Shown here piece by piece: positions 1 through 8,180 of a stretch of DNA of 31,277 nt. Numbering within the stretch: the first letter of the stretch is position 1; each line of letters starts with the position of its first letter. The stretch is from an uncultured Gammaproteobacteria bacterium (GTDB lineage: Bacteria > Patescibacteriota > Microgenomatia > Daviesbacterales > UBA10151), in NCBI GenBank assembly GCA_964360965.1, contig CAYHYM010000008.1, forward strand, positions 1 through 31,277, given 5' to 3'. The notes below the pieces were generated by a model. The model saw only the letters and a program-made list of their open reading frames with translations. It searched no databases and was not told the origin of the DNA. A program made the position numbers and the translations under genes.

Positions 1-770
1 CACATCCTAAAAAATGCTGCCAGCCCTAAAACTAAAATAAGCGAAATAAATAAAAATTTATCATCTTTTAATTTCCACCACAGTTTTAATAGGTCAACAT
101 AAGAAGAAATGATAACTTTCAAACTTGCCCCAGTGGGTTTTCCTGTAAGTCTTGGATAATGTTCCACCCCAACTTGACTAACTTTAAAACCTGCTTTTTT
201 TGCCTTTATTGGAAGTTCAGCATTTATCATTCCACCTCTTAAAGACTCAAGTGGTAAAATTTTTTCCAAAACCTTTCTTTTGATCATTTTGAATCCACAA
301 TCGACATCTTTAAGATTCAGCCCGAAAAATATAAAAAGAGACAAAGCCCAACCTTTGGCAAAAAGAGATCTTAGTGGATGATCAGCTCTTTTTTTTCTAA
401 AACCTATTATTAAATCTGCCTCATTTAATTTATCAATGAACAAATTTACCTGAGAAAAATCAAATTGACCATCACCATCGTTATAAACAATTGTGTCAAA
501 TTTAGCATGAGCAAAACCTGTTTTTAAAGCTCCCCCATATCCCAAATTTTTGGGATGATGAATTGCTCTAATTTTTGGATTTTCACCTGCTAATTTATCA
601 GCTATCTCACCAGTTTTATCTTCTGATCCGTCATTAACAATAATAATTTCATAATCTATCTTTAATTTTTCCAAAACCGCGATTGCTTTTTGTGTGGTTG
701 CGGATATACTTTTTTCCTCATCAAAACAAGGAAAAAAGACAGATAAATTGTTAATTTTAGAATCTGGCAT
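1..770 (-). CDS. Glycosyltransferase family 2 (polyprenyl-phosphate sugar synthase-like), 3' end runs off the window
   Basis: Absent from the ORF track because it is unterminated. The - strand frame is open from ATG (768-770) to the window edge. Translation MPDSKINNLSVFFPCFDEEKSI..IIIVNDGSEDKTGEIAD..VYNDGDGQFD..CGFKMIKRKVLE shows GT-A/GT2 hallmarks. The last residues (LFISLILVLGLAAFF) enter a hydrophobic segment. Confidence 0.8.
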   Translation of the reverse strand, partial: MPDSKINNLSVFFPCFDEEKSISATTQKAIAVLEKLKIDYEIIIVNDGSEDKTGEIADKLAGENPKIRAIHHPKNLGYGGALKTGFAHAKFDTIVYNDGDGQFDFSQVNLFIDKLNEADLIIGFRKKRADHPLRSLFAKGWALSLFIFFGLNLKDVDCGFKMIKRKVLEKILPLESLRGGMINAELPIKAKKAGFKVSQVGVEHYPRLTGKPTGASLKVIISSYVDLLKLWWKLKDDKFLFISLILVLGLAAFFRM

Positions 771-828
771 AACTTATACTATTATGGAGTCAGGAAGTAG
801 AATTGTCCAGCATATATCTTTTTATAAT

Positions 829-837
829 TGATATAAT
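829..837 (+). promoter_or_regulatory. Extended -10 promoter TGATATAAT, 8 nt upstream of the ATG at 846
   Basis: TG at 829-830 and TATAAT at 832-837, then 8 nt (gttctaat) to the ATG. No Shine-Dalgarno sequence. The same 10-mer ttgatataat precedes prfB. Confidence 0.5.
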
Positions 838-845
838 GTTCTAAT

Positions 846-2000
846 ATGAGTAAAACAATAAATCACATACTCATTATTACCCTATTTGTCCTTATTTCTA
901 CAATTTTACTTTGGCTACCACATATTTTGGCTATCGACAATTTTTGGGGACTATCGTTTGGTCAAGGGTTTAATACTATTTACCGCAATTTTGATGGTTT
1001 GGAATATATTGTCATAGCTAAAACTTTCTACGATCCCACACTAATCGCTGGAATTCCTCAACCTTTACCAGCTAATTATTTTGCCTCCCACTTCCCAGGA
1101 TTTCCTATTTTAATTGCCATTTTTGCACCTATTTTAGGTTACCTTAAATCCATGCTTTTTGTAACCATACTTTTTACAATTGCCTCAGCAATAGCTTTTT
1201 ACTTTTTAGTCCGTGACTGCAAATTAACCAATCATCCACTTCTTCTAACCATAATCTTTTTAATGCTACCAGCCAGATGGATTATTGTCAGATCAGTTGG
1301 TTCACCAGAGCCGGTTTTTATCTTTTTTATAATTTTATCTATCTATTTTTTTATTAAAACAATTAACATAGCTCATGGAAGTTCTATTTATATCTTATTA
1401 TCAGCTATCTTCGCAGCCGGAGCCCAACTGATCCGTCCACCAGGAGCCTTACTTGGATTAGCTTTGGGTTTTTTTGTTTTATGGCAAGCTTATCAAAAAC
1501 GCTTACCACTTTTTGTCTTTAAATTTTGGCCATTTTTATTAGTCCCCTTGACTCTTCTTGGAATATTTTGGTGGTTTGGACAAACTTACAGTGATTTTTT
1601 TGCTTATTTTCATTCTGGTGACAATATTCATTTAACATTTCCACCTTTCCAGATTTTCAATTCTGGTCAGTTTTGGGTGGGCACAATCTGGCTGGAAGAT
1701 GTGATCTATATATTTATATTAGGACTCTTGGCAGGATTATTACTGCTTAAGCAAAAACTCTATCCTTTGGCTTTTTTTGTTCTCACCTACCTTACCGCTT
1801 CAATGTTTGTAGCTCACAGAGATATCAGCCGTTATACTCTTCCAGCAGCACCATTTGTTTTAATTGCTTTTGAGAAAATATTAGTATCAAAAGAGTTTAG
1901 AATTGTTTTAATAATCTTAACCTTAGCCCTATATCTCTATAGCCAAAACTACATCATCAGTAATATTGCCCCCATACCAGACCTTGCCATCTATGACTGA
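846..2000 (+). CDS. Polytopic integral membrane protein, possibly a GT-C-fold glycosyltransferase
   Basis: 384-aa ORF with about 10 hydrophobic helices. It is divergent from a GT2 gene and convergent with a GT2-GtrA gene. I recognise no soluble domain. Confidence 0.6.
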   Translation: MSKTINHILIITLFVLISTILLWLPHILAIDNFWGLSFGQGFNTIYRNFDGLEYIVIAKTFYDPTLIAGIPQPLPANYFASHFPGFPILIAIFAPILGYLKSMLFVTILFTIASAIAFYFLVRDCKLTNHPLLLTIIFLMLPARWIIVRSVGSPEPVFIFFIILSIYFFIKTINIAHGSSIYILLSAIFAAGAQLIRPPGALLGLALGFFVLWQAYQKRLPLFVFKFWPFLLVPLTLLGIFWWFGQTYSDFFAYFHSGDNIHLTFPPFQIFNSGQFWVGTIWLEDVIYIFILGLLAGLLLLKQKLYPLAFFVLTYLTASMFVAHRDISRYTLPAAPFVLIAFEKILVSKEFRIVLIILTLALYLYSQNYIISNIAPIPDLAIYD

Positions 2001-3190
2001 TCCAAATCTCTTTTCCAAGTGAAATAATGGTTCATTAAAAAATTCCAGGTCATCACCGGCGGGATGGTGGCAAAAAAATAAAGATTATAAAAAGGAACAT
2101 TTATCTGTCCCAACCTCCAAATACCATCACCATAAACCAAATGTAAAAATTTAACAATTAAAACTCCTACAGCCAACCCTCCAAAAGACACAATATTAAA
2201 AATTAAAAGTTTGGTCCAAAAAGTATTTCTGGTTTTCCTTTTTCTAAATGTCCAAATGTTATTTAAGGTGAAATTATTTAAGATGGCAATTTCGGTGGAG
2301 ATTGCTTTGGAAGTTGCCGGTTTAAAACCCAAAGCAGCAATAAATATATTATAAAAGATAAAATCAACAGTAGTACCAACAAACCCAACTGTGCCAAATT
2401 TAATAAAAGTTTTTGATCTCCTCCCCCAGTAAAGTATTGGCAATTTTATCCCCCAGGAAGACAATTTTACCTCCAAGCCATAAGCTAAAATATCAATTAT
2501 ATAGTTAGCCACCTCATTTTTAGATTTGTCAGATCCCCTTTTTCTAAACTTAATAGGCACCTCTACCATTTTTGCTCCTACTCTGTAAGCTTCCACCACT
2601 GCTGCCGGTTGTATCAAAAAGGTAGTACCATGCCAAGGCACTGATTTCCAATCCATTCTTTGAAAAAGATTGCGTGTATATGCCTTAAAAGAGGGTGTAA
2701 AATCAGTAATTTGCCAAATATTGGTCAAGTTTCGCAAAACCAAAGATGAGCCAAAAGTGAAAAGTTGCCGAAGTGGTGATATTTCGTTTGAACCGTCTCT
2801 TATCAATCTTGACCCTTGTACATATTCATATCCTTCAGTAATTTTTTGTAAAAATTTAGGAATATCATTCGGATCATGCTGTAAATCGGCATCAATTTGC
2901 ATGAGCACTTCAGCATTTAATTCTTTTAAAGCAAAATCATATCCTTTTACAATTGCCAAACCCAAACCACGTTCTTTAACATCTAAAAAATGTACTCTTG
3001 GATTTTGCCGAGCAACTTTTGAGGCGATTTGCCCTGTTCCATCAGGAGAATGACTATCTGCTACTAAAATATGAATATCAAATCCCAAAATTTTACCATT
3101 TTGAGCAAGGATCAGTTCAATGACCTTTTTAATACTGCCTTTTTCATTATAAGTTGGGACAACAACGACTACTTTCTTATTTATTACCAT
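1991..3190 (-). CDS. Polyprenol-phosphate mannose/glucose synthase-like GT2 fused to a C-terminal GtrA-like membrane domain
   Basis: VVVVVPTYNEKGSI.., DADLQHDP (DxD region) and DPM1/Ppm1-like architecture. The C-terminal ~130 aa has 4 TM helices (GTVGFVGTTVDFIFYN.., NFLMNHYFTW) typical of GtrA. Confidence 0.8.
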   Translation of the reverse strand: MVINKKVVVVVPTYNEKGSIKKVIELILAQNGKILGFDIHILVADSHSPDGTGQIASKVARQNPRVHFLDVKERGLGLAIVKGYDFALKELNAEVLMQIDADLQHDPNDIPKFLQKITEGYEYVQGSRLIRDGSNEISPLRQLFTFGSSLVLRNLTNIWQITDFTPSFKAYTRNLFQRMDWKSVPWHGTTFLIQPAAVVEAYRVGAKMVEVPIKFRKRGSDKSKNEVANYIIDILAYGLEVKLSSWGIKLPILYWGRRSKTFIKFGTVGFVGTTVDFIFYNIFIAALGFKPATSKAISTEIAILNNFTLNNIWTFRKRKTRNTFWTKLLIFNIVSFGGLAVGVLIVKFLHLVYGDGIWRLGQINVPFYNLYFFATIPPVMTWNFLMNHYFTWKRDLDQS

Positions 3191-4176
3191 CTATTTTCAC
3201 CATTCGTGTCAACTTTTTGCCGCCAATAATTCAAAAGATCCTCAAGAGTTTGTTTAAAAGGAATTTGTGGTTTCCAGCCAGTCAATTTTTTAAACTTACT
3301 GTTATCCCCCAAAAGCAAGGGGACATCTGACGGCCTTATTCTTGATGGATCTTTTTTAATTTTAATTTTAATTTGCGATAAGGAAAGCAGTATTTTTAAC
3401 ACATCTGCAATTTTAACAGCCTTCCCGGAACAAATATTATAGACCTCTCCAGGATCTCCCTTTAATCCAGCCAGAAAATAACCTCTGACCATATCTCTAA
3501 CATCAGTATAGTCTCTCTTTGTTTCCAGATTTCCCACTTCAATGACAGGTTTTTTTAATCCCCTTTCTATCTCTGCTATTTGTTTGGCAAAATCAGATTC
3601 GGCAAAAACTTCACCTCTTCTGGGACCGGTATGATTAAATCCTCGAGTACGAACTATTTGCATACCATAACTTTTATGGTATTGATATCCCAGATAATCC
3701 ATGGCCACTTTTGACACTGCATAAGGAGACAGTGGACGTAAAGGATTATCTTCCTTGATGGGAATTTCGTTTTTTTCAACCAAACCATATTCTTCAGATG
3801 AACAGGCTATTTGAATTCGGGGATTGATTTTAGTTTTCCTGACTGACTCAAATAAGTTGGCAGTGCCAATGACATTGGTTTCTAAAGTAGAGACGGGAGT
3901 TGTCCAAGAAGCTGGTACAAAAGATTGAGCTGCCAGATGGAATATTAAGTCAGGTCTGACAGATACCATAATTTGATCTAGTGAATGGGAATCCAAAATG
4001 TCAGCTTCTAAAATTATCACTTTACCATTAAGGTTCCCCAGATTCTCTTTTCTGGAACGCCAACGGGCAATACCAAAAACCACAAGACCCTCTTTAAGAA
4101 GAAGTTCTGCCATATGGGAACCAACAAAACCTGTAATACCTGTAATTAATACCTTTTTGTGATTTTTTGCTGTCAT
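3184..4176 (-). CDS. Extended short-chain dehydrogenase/reductase, GDP-mannose 4,6-dehydratase / GDP-6-deoxy-hexose reductase (Rmd)-like
   Basis: Rossmann motif ITGITGFVGSH, catalytic SPYAVSK (YxxxK) and FNHTGPRRG. The track ORF starts at TTG 4212; the ATG at 4176 (MTAKNHKKVLITG) fits homologs better. Confidence 0.8.
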   Translation of the reverse strand: MTAKNHKKVLITGITGFVGSHMAELLLKEGLVVFGIARWRSRKENLGNLNGKVIILEADILDSHSLDQIMVSVRPDLIFHLAAQSFVPASWTTPVSTLETNVIGTANLFESVRKTKINPRIQIACSSEEYGLVEKNEIPIKEDNPLRPLSPYAVSKVAMDYLGYQYHKSYGMQIVRTRGFNHTGPRRGEVFAESDFAKQIAEIERGLKKPVIEVGNLETKRDYTDVRDMVRGYFLAGLKGDPGEVYNICSGKAVKIADVLKILLSLSQIKIKIKKDPSRIRPSDVPLLLGDNSKFKKLTGWKPQIPFKQTLEDLLNYWRQKVDTNGENRW

Positions 4177-4234
4177 GGGGCAAATTGTATCCCAGGCCAG
4201 ACTGATTGACAAGAGTCAAAGCGAAATCTGCCTT

Positions 4235-4294
4235 TTAAAAAGCTCCAAACCTTGATCCAATAAAACCTGCTCCTCCTGTTACTAAAAGTTTCAT
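4235..4294 (-). pseudogene. 19-codon relic of an rfbB-type NAD-dependent sugar dehydratase/epimerase N-terminus
   Basis: Its ATG overlaps the stop of the upstream nucleotidyltransferase (ATGA at 4291-4294). It encodes MKLLVTGGAGFIGSRFGAF then stops. MKLLVTGGAGFIGS is the canonical RfbB/GalE start and Rossmann motif. Confidence 0.5.
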
Positions 4295-5016
4295 TTATTT
4301 CCTGCTTTCTTGGCCCAAAAAACGTTGACCTCTAAAAGAGTATCAAATGTGCCTGCGTCCCGCCAAAATCCTTTTAACTCTCTGAAGCTTAGTTTACCAA
4401 TCTTTGCATATTGATTGTTAACGTCTGTAATCTCCAGTTCTCCCCTCTCTGAGGGTTTGATTTGATCAATAAACTCAAACACTTGCCTATCATAAACATA
4501 TAGACCGGTCACTGCAAAGTTATTGGGAGGACTTTTTGGTTTTTCTATAATTTCTGTGATTAAATTAGGATCATCTTTATCAAAAACTGGTACGCCAAAT
4601 CTTTGAGGATCTGGAACCTCTTTGAGAAAAATCATTGCTCCATCTTCAAAGGTTTTAATATCCTCACCTAAATCATAATCTGTAGTATTATCCCCCAATA
4701 TCACCACACAGCTATCTCCATCAACAAAGTCTCTTGTCAAAGATAGCGCCTCAGCAATACCGCCTTCATTCTCCTGATATGCATACTCTAAGTGTTTAAT
4801 GCCTAGTTCATGACCGTTTTTGAGAATTGACAAAAAATGACCTGAGTGGGGACCTCCGGTTACCACCATAATATCCGTCACCCCTGCTTTGACCAAAGTT
4901 TCTATTGGATAAAATACCATCGGTTTGTTATAAACCGGTAGTAAATGTTTATTTGTGGCAAATGTTAAAGGATAAAGGCGAGTTCCTAATCCGCCTGCTA
5001 AAATAACACCTTTCAT
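4291..5016 (-). CDS. Sugar-1-phosphate nucleotidyltransferase (short-form glucose-1-phosphate thymidylyl/uridylyltransferase-like)
   Basis: MKGVILAGGLGTRLYPLTFATNKHLLPVYNKPMVFYPIE is the G-x-G-T-R-L signature of the RfbA/NTP-transferase family. Confidence 0.85.
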   Translation of the reverse strand: MKGVILAGGLGTRLYPLTFATNKHLLPVYNKPMVFYPIETLVKAGVTDIMVVTGGPHSGHFLSILKNGHELGIKHLEYAYQENEGGIAEALSLTRDFVDGDSCVVILGDNTTDYDLGEDIKTFEDGAMIFLKEVPDPQRFGVPVFDKDDPNLITEIIEKPKSPPNNFAVTGLYVYDRQVFEFIDQIKPSERGELEITDVNNQYAKIGKLSFRELKGFWRDAGTFDTLLEVNVFWAKKAGNK

Positions 5017-5273
5017 AGTAGTAGTCCGTATAAAATAATTAGGGCAAGTAGTACAGTAAGTACATATTCTAGCATAATCTCAAAGCTTAAGCTTTTATCA
5101 AAGAAATGATGGGTTAGGGCAAAGCTTAAATAAAGAACAGAAAGTATGGTTAAAATAACAAATTGCACAAAGGTAAAACCTTGGAATTTTAAAACGGCAG
5201 AAAAAGCTAAAATTGATGATAATAAAATAAAAAAGGGGCTGTATTTTTGTAACTTTAAAATTTTCTTTCTCAT
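5013..5273 (-). CDS. Small hypothetical membrane protein (about 3 TM helices)
   Basis: 86-aa ORF with ATGA overlaps to both neighbours. Strongly hydrophobic, no recognisable domain. Confidence 0.5.
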   Translation of the reverse strand: MRKKILKLQKYSPFFILLSSILAFSAVLKFQGFTFVQFVILTILSVLYLSFALTHHFFDKSLSFEIMLEYVLTVLLALIILYGLLL

Positions 5274-6190
5274 AAAATACTGCCTGGATTAAGAGTTAAA
5301 GTTATAGCTGCGGCTGTTGTTAGAAAGGCAATATGAGCCAAGTGATTGGAATTTAATCTAAATACTCCTCTTTTTTTAAGAACTGCAAAATCTAAAGTCA
5401 AAAGAACAATTACTGCAAAGATAACAAAAACCCCCAATGCCCTGGAAGCCTGAAAGGGATCAATAAAGGGTCTGGCAAAAGAGTTGGCAAGAGACTGCTG
5501 CTCAATGCCGAAAAACTGAGGAGCGCTCTCGTATTCATTCTTTTTTACTGAAAAATTATGTCCATTAATATTTACAGAAGGTAGAGCAGCCAAAGCTGTG
5601 GTGGTACCAAACATCTGCACCACCAAGGTGGTTTTTTGCCCATTGAGCACCCCCTCCACCACAGCCATGCCAATATCCTGATATTTGGGATTTAGGATGT
5701 TGCCTTTATGCGTTGGTGATACCATCCAGGCTTTTACTACCTCGTCATCAGTATAAAAATTTTTAGCCAAGTTTTCTCCTGCAAAAGTAAATCTATAACC
5801 TGCCCCTAAAATAAAATCCCAGGGGGTCTTGCCGGAAGGGGCAAAATGAGCCCAATAATTTTCTGTAAACATATTTTTGGCCTTAGTGTAAGCTGCTTGA
5901 GATAAAGAAGAATTCTCCGAAAGGGTAGGTAAATCGTTTTTTTGCCTTTCCTGATTAGTCAGCTCTATTAAATTTTTTTGTGAAATTTGGGAAGTTATTC
6001 CCAATACTCCAGGTTTAATAAAAGAAACTATGGAAAAGCTAACTTGCAGGATAATAAAAATCAGCACATAACAAAATAGCGCTTCCCAGGAAATCAGGTG
6101 GGCTTTTTTGTGTGTCTCTTTGTGTGGTAAAAACCAATTATGTAACTCCATGATTTCAGTATAGCAGTTCTGTCTCAATTTTCTTGCCAT
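5270..6190 (-). CDS. CAP/SCP (YkwD-like) domain protein with N- and C-terminal TM segments
   Basis: NQERQKNDLPTL..YWAHF..GENLAKNF..AWMVSPTHKGNILNPKYQDIGMAV matches the CAP/SCP-PR1 pattern. An alternative start (MELHNW, ATG at 6151) would remove the overlap with the upstream gene. Confidence 0.75.
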   Translation of the reverse strand: MARKLRQNCYTEIMELHNWFLPHKETHKKAHLISWEALFCYVLIFIILQVSFSIVSFIKPGVLGITSQISQKNLIELTNQERQKNDLPTLSENSSLSQAAYTKAKNMFTENYWAHFAPSGKTPWDFILGAGYRFTFAGENLAKNFYTDDEVVKAWMVSPTHKGNILNPKYQDIGMAVVEGVLNGQKTTLVVQMFGTTTALAALPSVNINGHNFSVKKNEYESAPQFFGIEQQSLANSFARPFIDPFQASRALGVFVIFAVIVLLTLDFAVLKKRGVFRLNSNHLAHIAFLTTAAAITLTLNPGSIL

Positions 6191-6485
6191 TAACAGAAAT
6201 CCCCAAAGAAAACCCTAAAGCATTGGCTACAGATACCCCCACCCTTAACCCTGTAAAAGACCCAGGTCCAGTTTCTATTTCTATACTGTCGATTAGCTTT
6301 CCAATCCCGGATTGGTTTTGAATTGACAATCCGGGATTGTAGGTTCGAAGTAATCTATCTATCAAGGGCAGTAAAACTTGTGAACCATATTTATTCTGCT
6401 CACTCAAACTCTTCATCACCTTCTTCTCCTCCTTCAAGGAAACTGTGACCTGCTTTTGATCTTTGGTATTTATGTATAGAACCAT
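6156..6485 (-). CDS. tsaB: Short TsaB-like protein (N-terminal half only of the t6A TsaB/YeaZ fold)
   Basis: ETGPGSFTGLRVGVSVANALGFSLGI is the conserved TsaB/YeaZ motif. The ORF is only 109 aa against roughly 200+ aa for typical TsaB. Confidence 0.55.
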   Translation of the reverse strand: MVLYINTKDQKQVTVSLKEEKKVMKSLSEQNKYGSQVLLPLIDRLLRTYNPGLSIQNQSGIGKLIDSIEIETGPGSFTGLRVGVSVANALGFSLGISVNGKKIETELLY

Positions 6486-6491
6486 GTATAA

Positions 6492-6500
6492 ATTTTAACA
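6492..6500 (-). promoter_or_regulatory. Extended -10 promoter TGTTAAAAT, 6 nt upstream of the tsaB-like ATG
   Basis: The reverse complement of 6492-6500 is tgttaaaat, followed by ttatac and then the ATG (6485-6483). No SD sequence. Confidence 0.4.
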
Positions 6501-6568
6501 AATCAGAACTGATCTTAGAAGATATTTAAATCATATTTCAGGAAACTTTAGCCTTCACCTCCTTAACT

Positions 6569-6577
6569 TGATATAAT
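6569..6577 (+). promoter_or_regulatory. Extended -10 promoter TGATATAAT, 8 nt upstream of the prfB ATG
   Basis: TG at 6569-6570 and TATAAT at 6572-6577, then cacacagt (8 nt) to the ATG at 6586. No SD sequence. Confidence 0.5.
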
Positions 6578-6585
6578 CACACAGT

Positions 6586-7689
6586 ATGGATGAAATAAAA
6601 TCAAGATTAAATGATTTAAAAGAGAGGTTTACTAAAATTTCTGATCAGATTGATCAGGAGAAATTGCATGGAGAGATCAGAGAATTAGAGGCTGCTACTA
6701 TGAAGGAAGGCTTTTGGAATGACCATCAAAATGCTCAATCAGTTACCAAAAGCTTAGCAGATAAACAGAAAACCTTGGTAACCTTGGAAGCTCTGGAAAA
6801 AAGTATAAATGATGCTCTTGAGCTTGCGAGCCTACAGGGGGACGCCTTGGAGGCATTGGAGGCACAATCATTGGAAATGGAGATTAGGAAAGAAGCGGAG
6901 CTCATTGAAAAGCAATTAGGACAGCTAGAAATGAAGTTATTCTTATCCGGCCCACATGATGAATCTGAGGCTATTGTTTCTATCCATGCCGGCACAGGCG
7001 GGGTAGAAGCCATGGATTGGGCAGCCATGCTGGCCCGGATGTATCAGCGCTATTTTGAAAAAATGGGGTGGAAATATGAAATTTCTGATGAAAGTTTTGG
7101 AGAGGAAGCAGGGTATAAGACTATATCAATGATAATCCATGCTGCTTATTCTTTCGGATATTTAAAAAAAGAGTCAGGCACTCACAGACTGGTCCGCCAA
7201 TCCCCTTTTAATGCCAACAACTTAAGACAAACATCTTTTGCCGCTGTTGAGGTTTTACCTGTGATTGAAAATGAAACCGATGTGGAGATTAAACCTCAAG
7301 ACATAGAATTTGAAGCCTTTAGATCAAGCGGGGCAGGAGGACAAAACGTCAATAAAGTCTCAACCGCAGTCAGGCTCAAACATGTCCCCACAGGAGTAGT
7401 GGTAACCTGCCAAACAGAAAGGTCACAGGTACAAAACAGGGAAAATGCCCTAAAAATATTGCGGGCCAAACTTTGGTCCATCAGAAAGGACCAAGATAAG
7501 CAAATTAAACAACAGTTAAAAGGACAGCATACCAAAGCCAGCTGGGGAACCCAAATACGCTCTTATGTCCTTCACCCGTATCATCTGGTTAAAGATTTAA
7601 GAACAGCAGTTGAGGAAACAGAAACAGAAAAAGTGCTTGATGGTGATCTCTCGCAATTTATTGATGCCCAGGTACAGATGGCTATATAA
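6586..7689 (+). CDS. prfB: Peptide chain release factor 2, encoded as one uninterrupted ORF
   Basis: The SPF tripeptide ([10 protein letters not shown]) specifies RF2. GGQ motif present ([11 protein letters not shown]). Full-length at 367 aa. Confidence 0.95.
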   Translation: MDEIKSRLNDLKERFTKISDQIDQEKLHGEIRELEAATMKEGFWNDHQNAQSVTKSLADKQKTLVTLEALEKSINDALELASLQGDALEALEAQSLEMEIRKEAELIEKQLGQLEMKLFLSGPHDESEAIVSIHAGTGGVEAMDWAAMLARMYQRYFEKMGWKYEISDESFGEEAGYKTISMIIHAAYSFGYLKKESGTHRLVRQSPFNANNLRQTSFAAVEVLPVIENETDVEIKPQDIEFEAFRSSGAGGQNVNKVSTAVRLKHVPTGVVVTCQTERSQVQNRENALKILRAKLWSIRKDQDKQIKQQLKGQHTKASWGTQIRSYVLHPYHLVKDLRTAVEETETEKVLDGDLSQFIDAQVQMAI

Positions 7690-7717
7690 TACTTGCCAAA
7701 TATGATAATATAAAGTT

Positions 7718-8164
7718 ATGGAAGAAGATTTAAAAGAGGAAAAAATAATAAAACCTTTTAAAGAAATTTCCCATTTTGGCAGACTCTTTTTATTCTCCAT
7801 TGTTGCTGCCCTTATTCTGGGCACTCTTACAGGTTATCTTTTGGCAAACAAAGGAGGCCCTTCTTCAAAAGTAGCGCTGCTGAACAATTTAGAAACACCA
7901 AAACATGCTCAACAAGATACCCGTACATTTAGAGATTTTGCCGAAGGGAAAGTTAAGATCAAACCACAACCCAAAGACCCCAATGAATATACAGAAGGCA
8001 CCCATCTTTTGGAAAGATCTGGTGCATATCCTGTAACACTAACCTCCTCAGTGGTGGATTTATCCAAATATGAAGGTAAAAATGTAAAAGTGTTGGGTGA
8101 AACTCAAAAAGCTATCAAAGAAGGATGGCTTATGGATGTTGGCAAAATAGAAGAAGTTAAATGA
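7718..8164 (+). CDS. Hypothetical membrane-anchored protein
   Basis: 148-aa ORF with a single TM (LFLFSIVAALILGTLTGYLLA) and a soluble C-terminal part. Sits directly upstream of ftsE. Confidence 0.5.
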   Translation: MEEDLKEEKIIKPFKEISHFGRLFLFSIVAALILGTLTGYLLANKGGPSSKVALLNNLETPKHAQQDTRTFRDFAEGKVKIKPQPKDPNEYTEGTHLLERSGAYPVTLTSSVVDLSKYEGKNVKVLGETQKAIKEGWLMDVGKIEEVK

Positions 8165-8180
8165 CTTCAATGAAAAAAAT

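Noticed and set aside
2670-3053. 127-aa + strand ORF
   Set aside because: It lies entirely antisense to the well-supported GT2-GtrA gene, is a Cys/Ser/Lys-rich shadow frame and has no recognisable motif.
6735-7535. Two - strand ORFs (97 aa and 79 aa) inside prfB
   Set aside because: They are antisense shadows of a highly conserved RF2 coding sequence, with low-complexity Ser/Cys-rich translations.
7690-7717. Possible promoter (tatgataat, 8 nt before the ATG at 7718) between prfB and the next gene
   Set aside because: The -10 hexamer is weak or ambiguous, there is no -35 at proper spacing, and read-through from prfB is equally plausible. This is too weak to list as a feature.
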